A DNA stretch of 64,000 nt from an uncultured Gemmatimonadaceae bacterium (GCA_963817955.1 CAWFQK010000004.1:256001-320000); one strand, 5' to 3'. Positions 52,032 to 62,653 are shown, numbered from the stretch's first letter. Translations and numbers: made by a program. Notes: generated from the letters alone by a model not told the origin.

Positions 52032-52727
52032 TTACAGTCCGTCGAGGATCCTGACGTCGTCGGTACATAGACCGTCGACGCCGAGCGCGATCAGCGCCTG
52101 GGCCGACGTGCGCGAGTTGACGGTCCAGGCAATGACTCGTCCACCAGCTTCGTGAACGCGGCGGACCAGCGTGGCGTCGATCAATCGCGACGCGGGCCAG
52201 GTGTCGCGCGCGCCGACGGCCTGCATCGCTGCCGCGACATCGGGCAACGCGTGGTCGAACAGAATGCCGCGCGGGATTTCGGGCGCGACCATTTGCATTC
52301 GCGCTATGGTCTCGTGGTTGAACGAGTGGACCACACATCGCGTAGTAGAGCATCGAATGACCTCCGCCACTTGATGCTCGATATCGTCCGCTTTGATCTC
52401 CACATACACAGTCGCGCTCGCTGGCGTCGCCTGTAATACTGAGGCAAGCGTCGGAATGCCGATTCCGGCACCCAGCTCAACCGTGGCAACGTCCTCCCAG
52501 CACAGCTCGGCAATCCGGCGGCCTTGCAGCGAACCCGCCGTCCTGCCAAGGGCTGGATCATGGTGCACGACGACGACCCCGTCCGCTGTGGCATGGGCAT
52601 CGAGCTCGATGGCGTCAGCACAGCGCTCGAACGCGCGCGCGAACGCGGGGAGGGAGTTTTCTGGGAGTTCACGCTTCGCTCCGCGATGGCTGATCCGTTC
52701 CACGGTTGTGCCCGGTGTATGGGACAT
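52032..52727 (-). CDS. Glycerophosphodiester phosphodiesterase
   Basis: SHRGA, PENSL, IELD, VVHHD, VEIK, AWTVN, GVDGLCTD. Confidence 0.93.
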   Translation of the reverse strand: MSHTPGTTVERISHRGAKRELPENSLPAFARAFERCADAIELDAHATADGVVVVHHDPALGRTAGSLQGRRIAELCWEDVATVELGAGIGIPTLASVLQATPASATVYVEIKADDIEHQVAEVIRCSTTRCVVHSFNHETIARMQMVAPEIPRGILFDHALPDVAAAMQAVGARDTWPASRLIDATLVRRVHEAGGRVIAWTVNSRTSAQALIALGVDGLCTDDVRILDGL

Positions 52728-52799
52728 GTATATGTTGTCGCGCTCAGACTCGGCTTCAGGGACGGCGGCTAAACGGCTATCTCTTCAAGCGTTTGACCT

Positions 52800-52825
52800 T
52801 AACGCCGCTCTCCCCGTGGCGTCTA
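52800..52825 (+). promoter_or_regulatory. Candidate ECF-type autoregulatory promoter
   Basis: TAAC (52800-52803), 16 nt, CGTCTA (52820-52825) just upstream of the ECF gene. Confidence 0.55.
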
Positions 52826-52838
52826 CCTGTTGGACCGA

Positions 52839-53399
52839 ATGACAAATTCGTCACGAGGTAGGGAAGGCGATGATCAGCTCGATCTGGATCTCATCGCGAA
52901 GTGGAAGCAAGGGCAGGAGCGGGCCGCGACCGAGCTGGTCGAGCGGCACTCCTCAGCGCTGGCGCGTTTCGCCGTGGCCTCCGGTGAGCGGGACGAGGTC
53001 GATGAGCTGGTGCAGGATACCTTCGTTCGTGCGTTCAACTCGATCGACAGCTTTCGTGGCGAGAGCTCGTTTCGGACTTGGTTGTTTACCATTGAACGGC
53101 GCCTGCTCCTCGATCGCCGGCGCGCGGAAAAGCGGCGACGCGATCGAACCGAGATTCAGGAAGGCGATGCGGCGACCGAGTACGATGCGCTCGACGGGGT
53201 GGTCGCCGACGAGACACAGCGACGAATGCAGGAGGCGGTGACTCGGTTGTCCCCAATGCAACGCGACGTGTTCACGCTCCGAGTGTCAGAGGGGTTATCC
53301 TACCAGGAAATCGCCGCGGCGGTAGGCACGACGGAAGGCGCCGCCCGGGTGCATTACCACAACGCGATGCGCGCTGTGAAGGAGTTTCTCGATGAATGA
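52839..53399 (+). CDS. ECF sigma factor
   Basis: ELVQDTFVRAF, FRGESSFRTWLFTI, LSYQEIA, GTTEGAARVHYH. Confidence 0.93.
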   Translation: MTNSSRGREGDDQLDLDLIAKWKQGQERAATELVERHSSALARFAVASGERDEVDELVQDTFVRAFNSIDSFRGESSFRTWLFTIERRLLLDRRRAEKRRRDRTEIQEGDAATEYDALDGVVADETQRRMQEAVTRLSPMQRDVFTLRVSEGLSYQEIAAAVGTTEGAARVHYHNAMRAVKEFLDE

Positions 53400-54048
53400 T
53401 TGCCCGAACGCGGACATCCGCGACCAGTTGCCGGATTTGCTGCACGAGCGCCTCCAGGCAGAGGCCCAGGCGGTTGTCGTCGCGCACGTCGACGGCTGTG
53501 CCGATTGCTGCGCGGAACTCGAGCTGCTGCGCGGCCTGCGTGGCATGTTCGCGGCGCAGGCGCCGCACGTCGACGTCGATTACGTGGTGGGCGCGCTGCC
53601 CAAGCCGCCGGTGCGCACCATTCCTCTCTCGCCGGTCCGTCGACAGGCGTGGGGCAATTGGCGCATCGCGGCGGCGGTTACAGTGCTCGTCGTGGGCGGA
53701 AGCTCGGCGGCGGTGATGACCCGCGGCGCCGGCAAGCAGGCGGTAGCCCCGATCGCGCCGGCCCTGCAGCCGTTGCCATCGACGAGCCAGGCGCCGGAAA
53801 CTGCGTCCAGCGCCGTCACGACGCCAGTCGTGCCGGACGCGCCTACGCTCCGTGCCGCACAAACCGTTGCGACGACGGGAGACGCGAATGGCATTGGTGT
53901 CGCGGGGCGTCTGTCTGATCTCGACGATGGCGAGCTGAAGGCGCTGCTCAACGACATCGATCATTTGCAAGCGGTGCCGGTCACCGAGCCGGAGCCCGTG
54001 ACGATCAAGCTCGATACAAGAACCCCGCCGGGGTCGGAGGGCGCGTGA
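53392..54048 (+). CDS. Zinc-finger (ZAS) transmembrane anti-sigma factor
   Basis: HVDGCADC (HxxxCxxC) then a single TM helix. Confidence 0.88.
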   Translation: MNDCPNADIRDQLPDLLHERLQAEAQAVVVAHVDGCADCCAELELLRGLRGMFAAQAPHVDVDYVVGALPKPPVRTIPLSPVRRQAWGNWRIAAAVTVLVVGGSSAAVMTRGAGKQAVAPIAPALQPLPSTSQAPETASSAVTTPVVPDAPTLRAAQTVATTGDANGIGVAGRLSDLDDGELKALLNDIDHLQAVPVTEPEPVTIKLDTRTPPGSEGA

Positions 54049-54608
54049 AGTTCACGGCACTGTCTCTCATCGCCATGGCTGCTGCTACCGGCGTGACCGG
54101 CGCACAGGTGACATCAGCGCCGCGCGGCGCTGCCCAGCAATCCGTTGCTCGCGGACGCGGCGCGCAGACCATGGTCCCCGCCGACCGGCAGGCCTTGGAG
54201 CGGCAGGTGCGCCAGGCCATCGCGCGCGTCGTGCGCCGGCAACTCAATCTCACCGACGTCCAGATGCAGACGCTCCAGCGCACCGACGGCAAATACGATC
54301 AGCAGCGGCGCACACTGAACCGCGACGAGCATGCGACGCGCCTCGGCCTCAAGGCAGCCATGGCGGATTCTGCCGGGCCGGACCAGGACAAGATCGCGCG
54401 ATACATGGATGCGTTGGTGCAAGCGCAGCACAGGCGTGCCGACCTGCTGGAAGCGGAACAGAAGGAGCTTTCGACCTTTCTCACGCCCATGCAGCGCGCG
54501 CAATTCCTCGCGCTCCGGGAGCAGTTGACCCGGCGGCTGCAGGCGATTCAGCGGGACACCAGGCCGCTCGCCGGCCAACGCGGCGGTGCGCCGCCGCCGC
54601 CGGCGTAG
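54045..54608 (+). CDS. Spy/CpxP-like periplasmic helical protein
   Basis: Signal peptide, LNLTDVQ and LTPMQ (LTxxQ) motifs. Confidence 0.78.
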   Translation: MKFTALSLIAMAAATGVTGAQVTSAPRGAAQQSVARGRGAQTMVPADRQALERQVRQAIARVVRRQLNLTDVQMQTLQRTDGKYDQQRRTLNRDEHATRLGLKAAMADSAGPDQDKIARYMDALVQAQHRRADLLEAEQKELSTFLTPMQRAQFLALREQLTRRLQAIQRDTRPLAGQRGGAPPPPA

Positions 54609-54648
54609 CGTTGAGCGGCAGGCATCGATCGGCTAGATTCCGGTCGCT

Positions 54649-54733
54649 GCCCAGGTGGTGGAATTTGGTAGACGCAGGGGACTCAAAATCCCCCGACCTC
54701 AGGGTCTTGCGGGTTCGAGTCCCGCCCTGGGCA
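54649..54733 (+). tRNA. tRNA-Leu (CAA)
   Basis: Acceptor GCCCAGG/CCTGGGC, anticodon arm GGGGA-CT-CAA-AA-TCCCC, long variable arm, GGTTCGAGTCC T-loop; CCA not encoded. Confidence 0.96.
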
Positions 54734-54841
54734 TTGAAGATGTCGTAGGCAGAATCGTAGAAGGCAACGCAAAACGTGCTCTCGTTCGTGAGGGCACGAT
54801 TTGGATTCCAGATGCTCGCAAATCATCATAGGACTCCGCAT

Positions 54842-56056
54842 ATGCGCCGCGTGCTATTGCTTGGTGCGGCGCTCGCCCTGCTGCTGACGACACGCGCGTA
54901 CGCCCAATCGCCGGACTGCAACGCGGCGCCGGCGAACGCGAGCACGAGGCTGAGTCTTCCCGCCAATCCGTTTCAGGCGCTTCCGACGAGCGACGGCTGC
55001 TGGGTCTTCGTCTCGCTCCCGGGGGGCGGCGCCGGAAAGCCGGCGCACATCGCGGTGCTTCGACGCGCCGGCGGATCGCTGCGCATGGATCATCTCCAGT
55101 CCATCGTCGGCAATCCGACCGGCATGGTCCTCACGCACGACGGGCACATGCTCATCGTCGCCGACGGCCCGCGATTGGCGTTCCTCGACGTGCAACGGCT
55201 CACGAGCGGGCGAGGCAACGCGGTGCTCGGTTATCTCGACGAGCCGGGCACGCTCGGACGCATCTACGTGAACGTTACGCTCGACGACCAATTCGCCTTC
55301 GTGGCCGATGAGCGTGCGCAGACGATCACCGTCGTCGATCTCGAGAAGGCGCGTTCGTCACGCTACAACGCGTCGGCAATTGTCGGCAAGATTCCCGTGG
55401 GCATGTTGCCGATCGCTGTCACGTTCTCGCCGAGCGATTCGCTGCTCTATACGACGAGCGAGTGGGCACCGCCGTCGCTCAGGTGGCCGGTCGAGTGCAA
55501 GCGCGAAGGGGCCGCTGCCGCCGACTCGCTGCCGGTCAACCCGCAGGGCGCGATCCTCGTCATCGACGTGCGCCGTGCGACGCGCGATCCCGCGCACGCC
55601 GTCGTCAGCGCAATTCCCGCCGGGTGTAGCGCCGTACGGCTCGTGCTCTCGCCATCCGGTGACCGCGCGTACGTGACGGCCCGCAATGGCAATGCGCTGC
55701 TCGCGTTCGACACGAGGAAGCTGGTGCAGGATCCGATGCACGCGTTGCTCGCACGCGTTCCGGTGGGCGACGCGCCGGTCGGCATCGCCGTGATCGACAG
55801 CGGGCGCAAGGTGATCGTGACAAACTCGAATCGCTTCGCCGGCTCGAGCGGCGATCAACAAGTTCTCACGGTCATCGACGCCACAAAGATCGACGCGGGC
55901 GCCGGGGCAATCCTCGGCACGATCGCGGCGGGCGCATTCCCCCGCGAGATGCGCGTGACGGCCGACGGCCGGACGCTCATTCTCACGAACTTCGCGTCGC
56001 GCGACGTGCAGATGATCGACCTCACCCATCTACCCATCGAGCCGGTGCGCCGCTAG
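54842..56056 (+). CDS. Secreted YncE/YVTN-like beta-propeller protein
   Basis: Signal peptide (AYA), repeated blades (IPVGMLPIAVTFSP, VPVGDAPVGIAV, AGAFPREMRVTADGRTL). Confidence 0.82.
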   Translation: MRRVLLLGAALALLLTTRAYAQSPDCNAAPANASTRLSLPANPFQALPTSDGCWVFVSLPGGGAGKPAHIAVLRRAGGSLRMDHLQSIVGNPTGMVLTHDGHMLIVADGPRLAFLDVQRLTSGRGNAVLGYLDEPGTLGRIYVNVTLDDQFAFVADERAQTITVVDLEKARSSRYNASAIVGKIPVGMLPIAVTFSPSDSLLYTTSEWAPPSLRWPVECKREGAAAADSLPVNPQGAILVIDVRRATRDPAHAVVSAIPAGCSAVRLVLSPSGDRAYVTARNGNALLAFDTRKLVQDPMHALLARVPVGDAPVGIAVIDSGRKVIVTNSNRFAGSSGDQQVLTVIDATKIDAGAGAILGTIAAGAFPREMRVTADGRTLILTNFASRDVQMIDLTHLPIEPVRR

Positions 56057-56093
56057 CGCCTCACTGGCGGCGACTCTCCAGACTGCCTCCTTC

Positions 56094-56912
56094 TCATGCA
56101 GCCTCGATGGACAACGAGGCCCCAGGTTCCGGGACCGCAGACTTTGACAGCCACGGGGCGACTGCGGTGAGGAACTCACTCGGAACGAGTGAGCGTCGAA
56201 TCACGCCGTCGAACGCAGCGGCCTTCTCGTCGCTGACCTCGTCCGGCGCGCTGACGAGAATGACCGTCGGCGGCGTGGAACCCTCTTCGGTCGCCATACG
56301 GCGCAGTAGCCCAGCGACGCGCTCTTCGTCGAGGAGGTGCAGGCCCTCGGAAATGAACACGACCGTCACGCGTGGCGTACGCGCCCGGCACGCTGCGACG
56401 CCGGCCGCACCAGTTGGCGCCCCGATAACGGAGAACTCCGGCGTCAGGGCCGAGGCAACGAGCGCGCGGAACCCAGCGTCTGAGTCGATCACGAGCACGC
56501 TCGGCGGAGCGGTCGCCGCCGCCGGGGCGCGCGAGAGCTTCCATTGGCCGCCGTTCGCGGTCACCGTGCGCAGCCGATCGGCGAGGTCGCGTGGGCGGAT
56601 CGGCTTCAAGAGATAGTTGGTAATGCCCAACTCGGCGAGTCGCGTAATTGCCTCGATATCGCTGACGGACGAGAGGCAGACGATCGGCAATGCGCGGTGA
56701 CGTGCGGATGCACGCAGCGTTTGTACGAGCTCGAATCCGTCCAGGACAGGCATCTTGAGGTCGGTGATGAGCACGTCCGGATCGTCCCGCTCAATGGCCT
56801 GAAGAGCGTCCAACCCGTTTTCAGCCTCGATGATGTCGAAGCCTGCCTGGTGGACAACTCGCTTCACGACGACGCGCACGATCGGGTCATCGTCGGCAAT
56901 GAGGATCTTCAT
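56094..56912 (-). CDS. Response regulator with one canonical and one degenerate receiver domain
   Basis: MKILIADDD, ITDLKMPVLDG, YLLKP; second VLVIDSD segment lacks the phospho-acceptor motif. Confidence 0.85.
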   Translation of the reverse strand: MKILIADDDPIVRVVVKRVVHQAGFDIIEAENGLDALQAIERDDPDVLITDLKMPVLDGFELVQTLRASARHRALPIVCLSSVSDIEAITRLAELGITNYLLKPIRPRDLADRLRTVTANGGQWKLSRAPAAATAPPSVLVIDSDAGFRALVASALTPEFSVIGAPTGAAGVAACRARTPRVTVVFISEGLHLLDEERVAGLLRRMATEEGSTPPTVILVSAPDEVSDEKAAAFDGVIRRSLVPSEFLTAVAPWLSKSAVPEPGASLSIEAA

Positions 56913-57078
56913 TCCGATGAGTATCGGCCGGTGAGACGCTGTGATGAACCGAAGGGATAATTCGTCGGCGCGGCCCTCATCGTAACCATGACGAGGGCCG
57001 CCACATGCGGTCAGCTCCTGGAGTGGGGAGCACGTTCTGCCGATACTACGTTCCAGTCCCCTACTGGAACCTCTGCTG

Positions 57079-57900
57079 ATGCCATCGAAGACAAGCAGGC
57101 CGTCGTGCCCGCGCGCTGGTCTCCGAACCGCGCTCGCGCTAGCGATTTCCGCCGCGACAGTTCTGACCGTCGCCTGCGGTGGCGGCGGCGGTGGTGGTGG
57201 TGGTGGCACCACCGTCACCGACAACAACCCCGGCAACACCTCTCCGCCGACCTACGATGTGGCCAAGCTTGGCGTGCCGAAGTTCGTCAACTCCATTTAT
57301 ATCGACCTGAGCCAGAAGAACCCCGACGGCTCGCCGGTCGTCAACCAGATTTCGAAGTTCCGGTCGTCACAAGGGCATGATTACTCGGATTCGTACGAAT
57401 CATGTCTGTCGATGAAGCACTATCTCTCCACGCCGGATAGCAACACGAAGATCTACGTGCCCGTGACGGGAACGGTGACCTGGCAAGACACCCCGATCGT
57501 GGGTCCCAACTTCTCGGTCCAGTCCGATCTCCAACCGGCGTTTGTGTTCACGGTCATGCACGTGGTGCCGTTGAAATCGTACAAGATGGGTGATCATGTG
57601 ACCGAGGGCGATCTCTTGGGACACCACGTGGGCACCTGGACGAGCTCCGACATCATCGTGGACGTCAATGACGGCGGCCCGAAAGCATCACTCGACGGAT
57701 ATGGCCCCGGCGGCCGACTCGTGTCGTACTTTCAGACATTGACTGACGCGGCGTTTCAGCCCTTCAAGGCCCGCGGCATCAACTCGCCGACGGACTTGAT
57801 CATCTCGAAAGCGCAACGAGACTCGTTTCCCATCACCTGCGTGGCTGGGGCGTTCGTCTTCACGGTGCCGGACCCGCTCCCTGGTTTCCTGAAGTTCTGA
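57079..57900 (+). CDS. Lipoprotein with divergent M23/duplicated-hybrid-like domain
   Basis: LTVAC lipobox, poly-Gly linker, IYVPVTGTV and GDHVTEGDLLG segments. Confidence 0.7.
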   Translation: MPSKTSRPSCPRAGLRTALALAISAATVLTVACGGGGGGGGGGTTVTDNNPGNTSPPTYDVAKLGVPKFVNSIYIDLSQKNPDGSPVVNQISKFRSSQGHDYSDSYESCLSMKHYLSTPDSNTKIYVPVTGTVTWQDTPIVGPNFSVQSDLQPAFVFTVMHVVPLKSYKMGDHVTEGDLLGHHVGTWTSSDIIVDVNDGGPKASLDGYGPGGRLVSYFQTLTDAAFQPFKARGINSPTDLIISKAQRDSFPITCVAGAFVFTVPDPLPGFLKF

Positions 57901-58004
57901 GCGACGCGGCGTAGCGTCGTTCTCAGGATTTCGCTTGATCGCCTTTCCGGGCGCCGATAGCTTTCGGCGCTCGTCTTTTTTGCGACCCTTACCCGCGGTC
58001 CTCA

Positions 58005-59246
58005 ATGGCTACGTACAAATTCGCCAAGGTCCCGACGTCCGGCGACCGTATTACATATGAAAACGGGGTCCTCCAGGTCCCCAACAATCCCGTCATCCCG
58101 TTCGTCGAAGGCGATGGCACTGGCGCGGACATCTGGCGCGCCTCGGTGCGCGTGTTCGACGCGGCAATCGAGAAGGCGTACGGCGGTGAGCGCCGGGTCG
58201 CCTGGATGGAAGTGTTCGCCGGCGAAAAGGCGTTCACACAGTTCAAGGATTGGCTGCCGCAGGAGACCGTGGACGCGATGCAGGAGTTCCGCGTCGCGAT
58301 CAAGGGACCACTGACGACGCCGATCGGCGGCGGTATCCGTTCGCTGAACGTCACGCTGCGCCAGATGCTCGATCTGTACGCGTGCATCCGTCCCGTGCGC
58401 TATTTCGAAGGCGTTGGTAGCCCGATGAAGGATCCGAGTAAGCTCAACATCATGGTCTTCCGCGAGAACATCGAGGACGTCTACGCGGGGATCGAATGGA
58501 AGGCCGGCTCGCCGGAAGCGGAGAAGCTGCGCCTGTTCATCAAGAATGAATTGGGCAAGGACATCCGCGAGAATTCGGCGATCGGCATCAAGCCGATGTC
58601 GGAGTTCGGCTCCAAGCGTCTGGTGGACATGGCGATTCGGTACGCCGTCAAGCACTCGCTGCCCTCGGTGACCCTGATGCACAAGGGCAACATCATGAAG
58701 TTCACGGAAGGCGCGTTCCGTGATTGGGGCTACGAGGTGGCGCGCGACAAGTTCGCCGACACCGTGGTGAGCGAAGCGGACGTCTGGAAGGGCACGGCGC
58801 ATGACGGCAAGGTCATCTTGAAGGACCGCATTGCCGATTCGATGTTCCAGCAGTTGTTGCTGCGCCCCGATGAGTATTCTGTCATCGCTACCCCGAACCT
58901 CAACGGCGACTACGTCTCGGACGCGTCGGCGGCGCAGGTTGGCGGCCTGGGCATCGCGCCGGGTGGCAATGTCGGCGATGGCGTCGCCGTATTCGAGGCA
59001 ACGCACGGCACCGCACCCAAGTACGCCAACCTCAACAAGATCAACCCGGGCAGCGTGATTCTCTCGGGAGTGATGATGTTCGAGTACCTTGGCTGGGACG
59101 AAGCCGGCGCACTGATTGTGCGCGGACTCGAGAACGCCATCAAGGCGCGCCGTGTCACGTACGATCTTGCACGACAGATGCCCGGCGCCACCGAAGTGTC
59201 CACCTCGGGCTTCGGCGACGAGATCATCAAGGGAATGTCCGTCTGA
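58005..59246 (+). CDS. icd: Isocitrate dehydrogenase (NADP, E. coli type)
   Basis: [57 protein letters not shown]. Confidence 0.97.
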   Translation: MATYKFAKVPTSGDRITYENGVLQVPNNPVIPFVEGDGTGADIWRASVRVFDAAIEKAYGGERRVAWMEVFAGEKAFTQFKDWLPQETVDAMQEFRVAIKGPLTTPIGGGIRSLNVTLRQMLDLYACIRPVRYFEGVGSPMKDPSKLNIMVFRENIEDVYAGIEWKAGSPEAEKLRLFIKNELGKDIRENSAIGIKPMSEFGSKRLVDMAIRYAVKHSLPSVTLMHKGNIMKFTEGAFRDWGYEVARDKFADTVVSEADVWKGTAHDGKVILKDRIADSMFQQLLLRPDEYSVIATPNLNGDYVSDASAAQVGGLGIAPGGNVGDGVAVFEATHGTAPKYANLNKINPGSVILSGVMMFEYLGWDEAGALIVRGLENAIKARRVTYDLARQMPGATEVSTSGFGDEIIKGMSV

Positions 59247-59279
59247 TACGTCGCTCAACGCGACCTGACCACTCACTAC

Positions 59280-60758
59280 ATGACGCTCTCGCTCTCCGCC
59301 GCCGCTCCCGACCTCGGGACGCTCGACACACCGTTGCTGGTCGTCGCGCTGCCAAGCGCGCCGGCCATGTCCGGTGAGTTGCAGCCCGTAGACTCCATCA
59401 CGGGCGGCGCGCTGGGTCGCGCGCTCAGCCGCCGCGATTTCCGCGGCGGACGCGACGAGACCTTGTATCTGGCCGGTGGAGAGCGCGGCGTGCAACGAGT
59501 GCTGCTCGTCGGAATGGGATCGGTATCCAATCGCGCATCGGCGCTCCGGCGTGCGGGCGCGATCGCGGCCCGGCAGGCGAATCGGCTGGGGGTTGGCCGT
59601 CTCGCCTTCTTCGCCGGCGCGCTGAACGCCCAGGAGGCAGAGGCGGCCGGCATGGGAATCATCGCCGGGGCGTGGGACTTCAAGGAAACGAAGACTCCGC
59701 CGCCGGCAGAGGACGTGCGTGCGCCGCTCACAGACGCGGTCATCCTCGGCGGTGACGCCGCGGCCCGAGATTTGGGAGTTCGCGCCGCGCAGGCGATTGG
59801 CGAGGGCCACTCGCTCGCGCGGCGTCTCGGCATGCTACCGGGTAACGTGTGCACGCCGGAGTATCTCGCTGACACCGCCGCCGACATTGCGAAGCGGTTC
59901 GGCATGAAGCTTACTGTGCTCGGCCGGCAGGAAATGGCGGCCGAGAAGATGGGGTCGTTCCTCGCCGTGGCGCAGGGGACGACACAGGAACCGAAGTTGA
60001 TCGCGCTGGAGTATCGCCACGGGCCGAAGGACGGCAAGCCGGTGGCGCTCGTCGGCAAGGGACTGTGCTTCGATTCCGGTGGAATCTCCATCAAGCCGGC
60101 GCAGGGTATGGAGTGGATGAAGTACGACATGTGCGGCGCAGCCGGCGTGCTTGGAGCCATGGAGGCGATTGGCCGGTTGGAACTTCCCGTGAACGTCGTG
60201 GGTCTCATCGGCTCGACGACGAACATGCCGTCGGCTGACGCGGTAAAGCCGGGGGACGTCGTTCAGGCGTCGAACGGCAAGTACATCGAGATCATCAACA
60301 CCGATGCGGAAGGGCGGCTGGTGCTCGCTGACGTGCTGGCGTACGCCAAGCGTTTCTCACCCGATGCGGTGATCGACGCCGCAACGCTCACGGGCGCATG
60401 TGTGATCGCGCTGGGGCATACGGCGACCGGCGTGATGGGTAGCGATGAGGCGTTGGTGCAGGAGGTGTTGGAGGCGGGCAAGCGGTCGGGCGAGGTTGGC
60501 TGGCCACTTCCGTTGTGGGACGACTACAAGGAGCTGATCAAGTCCGACGTCGCGGACATCAAGAACTCCGGCGGCCGTCCAGCGGGCACCATCACGGCCG
60601 CGCTCTTCCTGAAGGAGTTCGCAGAAGGATATCCATGGGTGCACCTCGACATCGCGGGAACGGCATACACGGAATCGGATCTCGGCACGGTTCCGCGCGG
60701 ACCGACCGGCGTGCCGGTAGGAATGTTCGTGGAATTCGTTCGAGGGCGCGCGGGCTGA
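59280..60758 (+). CDS. pepA: Leucyl aminopeptidase (M17)
   Basis: VGKGLCFDSGG, MKYDMCG, NTDAEGRLVLAD, ATLTGA, HLDIAGT. Confidence 0.96.
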   Translation: MTLSLSAAAPDLGTLDTPLLVVALPSAPAMSGELQPVDSITGGALGRALSRRDFRGGRDETLYLAGGERGVQRVLLVGMGSVSNRASALRRAGAIAARQANRLGVGRLAFFAGALNAQEAEAAGMGIIAGAWDFKETKTPPPAEDVRAPLTDAVILGGDAAARDLGVRAAQAIGEGHSLARRLGMLPGNVCTPEYLADTAADIAKRFGMKLTVLGRQEMAAEKMGSFLAVAQGTTQEPKLIALEYRHGPKDGKPVALVGKGLCFDSGGISIKPAQGMEWMKYDMCGAAGVLGAMEAIGRLELPVNVVGLIGSTTNMPSADAVKPGDVVQASNGKYIEIINTDAEGRLVLADVLAYAKRFSPDAVIDAATLTGACVIALGHTATGVMGSDEALVQEVLEAGKRSGEVGWPLPLWDDYKELIKSDVADIKNSGGRPAGTITAALFLKEFAEGYPWVHLDIAGTAYTESDLGTVPRGPTGVPVGMFVEFVRGRAG

Positions 60759-60766
60759 GCGCTCTC

Positions 60767-62653
60767 GTGCAACGCTTCGCCTGGATCGTCGGCCTCGGCC
60801 TGATGGCCGGGGCCGTTTTGCAGCGCCCGCTCGGCGCGCAGGTGAAGGATACGATCCCCAAGCGTCGCGATACGACGCTCACGATGCCGCTTCCCCTGCG
60901 TGCCGATTCGCTCCTGCGGGATAGCCTCGCGAAGATCGCGCGGCGAGACAGCCTGCGCGCGGCAATTCGGCGCGATTCTATCAAGGCACCGCTCGCCCAC
61001 GCAGAGCTGCCCAACGATCTGGAAATCGGCCGGCGGCTACACTGGAATCGCGATTCGCTCTCCGCCACCGGCGCGGTGACTGTCGCCGATCTGCTCGAGC
61101 GTGTGCCCGGGCTCACCACGCTCCATGCCGGCTGGATTTCGGCTCCGGTAGTCGGTGCGTATCTCGGCGACGTGCGGCGCGTGCGCGTGTTCTACGACGG
61201 CGCGGAAATGACCGCGTTGGATCCGCGCGGCCAGGGCGTGCTCGATCTCACGCAGGTGAGCCTGTGGTCGGCCGAGGACGCGGTGGTAGAGCAGGGGCCA
61301 GAGGAAGTGCGCGTCTATCTTCGCAGTTGGCGCGTGCGGAGCACGACACCCGTGACGCGCACCGACGTGAGCACGGGCGACCAGCAGACAAATTTGTACC
61401 GCGGCTTCTTCGGGCGGCGTCTCGACAATGGCGCCGCCGTCCAGTTCGGCGCGCAGCAGTACGGCACGACGCCGCCGTCGGTGTTCGGCAACAGCGCCGA
61501 CCAACTCGGCCTCCTCGCGCGCATCGGGTGGGCGAAACGCAATTGGAGCGCGGATGCATTCGCCACGCGCACCAACCGGCACCGCGGCGGAATCTTCGGC
61601 GAGCAGTTGGGAGATTCAATCCCCAGCGTCGAATCCACACGGAGCGACGCATATGTTCGGGTCGGGTACGCCGATGCCGACGCAAGCCCACTCTGGGCTC
61701 AATTGCTCGCGGTGGCATCGAAATACGGGTACACGGGCATCCGCACGGTGCCCACCGTGAACCTGCACACGGCGGCCGACTCGGCGCTCGCCGCCGCGTC
61801 ACTGGATACCAGCGTCGCCCGGTCGCAGTACATCGCCACGGTCGGCACGGTGCGAGGCCCGCTTCGCCTGAGCGTCACCGAACGGCTGTTTTCGTCGGGT
61901 GGCAAGAGCATTTCCACACCCTCCGCTCGCGCGAGCTTCGTGCTCAGCCGCCTCGGCGTGTCGGCCTTCTCCGAAGGCAAGAGTGCCGACTCGATCGCGC
62001 GAAGCGACGTGACGGCGCAACTCACACCGTTGTCGTTCATTACCGTGTTGGCGGGCGTGGGACGAACAACCGACCGTCGGATACAGGACAGTACGTTCTC
62101 CGCGACGTACATGCGCGGCCAGGTGGGACTTCGAATACACAATCTCTGGCTACTCGGAGGTGTCATTCGTCGCGACAGTCTGCGTCTCTCACCGCCCCAT
62201 GTGTTCGACACGCTCTTCACGGCGGTTCGCGAAGGCTTGGCCACGGGCGCGACGGCCGGAATTCGCGGGCAGCTATGGCGCCTGATCAACGCCGACGTTT
62301 CCGCGGTGCGCTGGAACGATTCACTCGGTTTCTACCGTCCCCGGTATCAGACACGGAGCGAATTGTTCATTCGCTCGAACTTCCTCAGGCGCTTCCCAAC
62401 CAACGATTTCGGCCTGACGGCGTCGGTGGTCCACGAGTACCGATCCGGCGTTCGATTCCCGAATGCCGAAACAGGAGTCACAAGCGTGGCTGGGTACCGC
62501 ACCATCTCCACGCTGCTGGAAATCCGGATTCTCACCGCCACCGTTTCCTGGCAGTTTCGCAACGTGCTCGGCGAGCGGTACTCGCAGGTTCCCACCTTCA
62601 TCATGCCGCGCCAAACAAACTTCTACGGCGTTCGCTGGGAGTTCTTCAATTGA
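60767..62653 (+). CDS. Outer-membrane beta-barrel with TonB-plug-like N-terminal region
   Basis: Signal peptide, TVADLLERVPG plug-like motif, alternating beta strands, C-terminal YGVRWEFFN beta-signal-like end. Confidence 0.7.
   Translation: MQRFAWIVGLGLMAGAVLQRPLGAQVKDTIPKRRDTTLTMPLPLRADSLLRDSLAKIARRDSLRAAIRRDSIKAPLAHAELPNDLEIGRRLHWNRDSLSATGAVTVADLLERVPGLTTLHAGWISAPVVGAYLGDVRRVRVFYDGAEMTALDPRGQGVLDLTQVSLWSAEDAVVEQGPEEVRVYLRSWRVRSTTPVTRTDVSTGDQQTNLYRGFFGRRLDNGAAVQFGAQQYGTTPPSVFGNSADQLGLLARIGWAKRNWSADAFATRTNRHRGGIFGEQLGDSIPSVESTRSDAYVRVGYADADASPLWAQLLAVASKYGYTGIRTVPTVNLHTAADSALAAASLDTSVARSQYIATVGTVRGPLRLSVTERLFSSGGKSISTPSARASFVLSRLGVSAFSEGKSADSIARSDVTAQLTPLSFITVLAGVGRTTDRRIQDSTFSATYMRGQVGLRIHNLWLLGGVIRRDSLRLSPPHVFDTLFTAVREGLATGATAGIRGQLWRLINADVSAVRWNDSLGFYRPRYQTRSELFIRSNFLRRFPTNDFGLTASVVHEYRSGVRFPNAETGVTSVAGYRTISTLLEIRILTATVSWQFRNVLGERYSQVPTFIMPRQTNFYGVRWEFFN

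Noticed and set aside
54649..57900. Intact integrative element at tRNA-Leu
   Set aside because: No integrase, att duplication or mobility gene detected.
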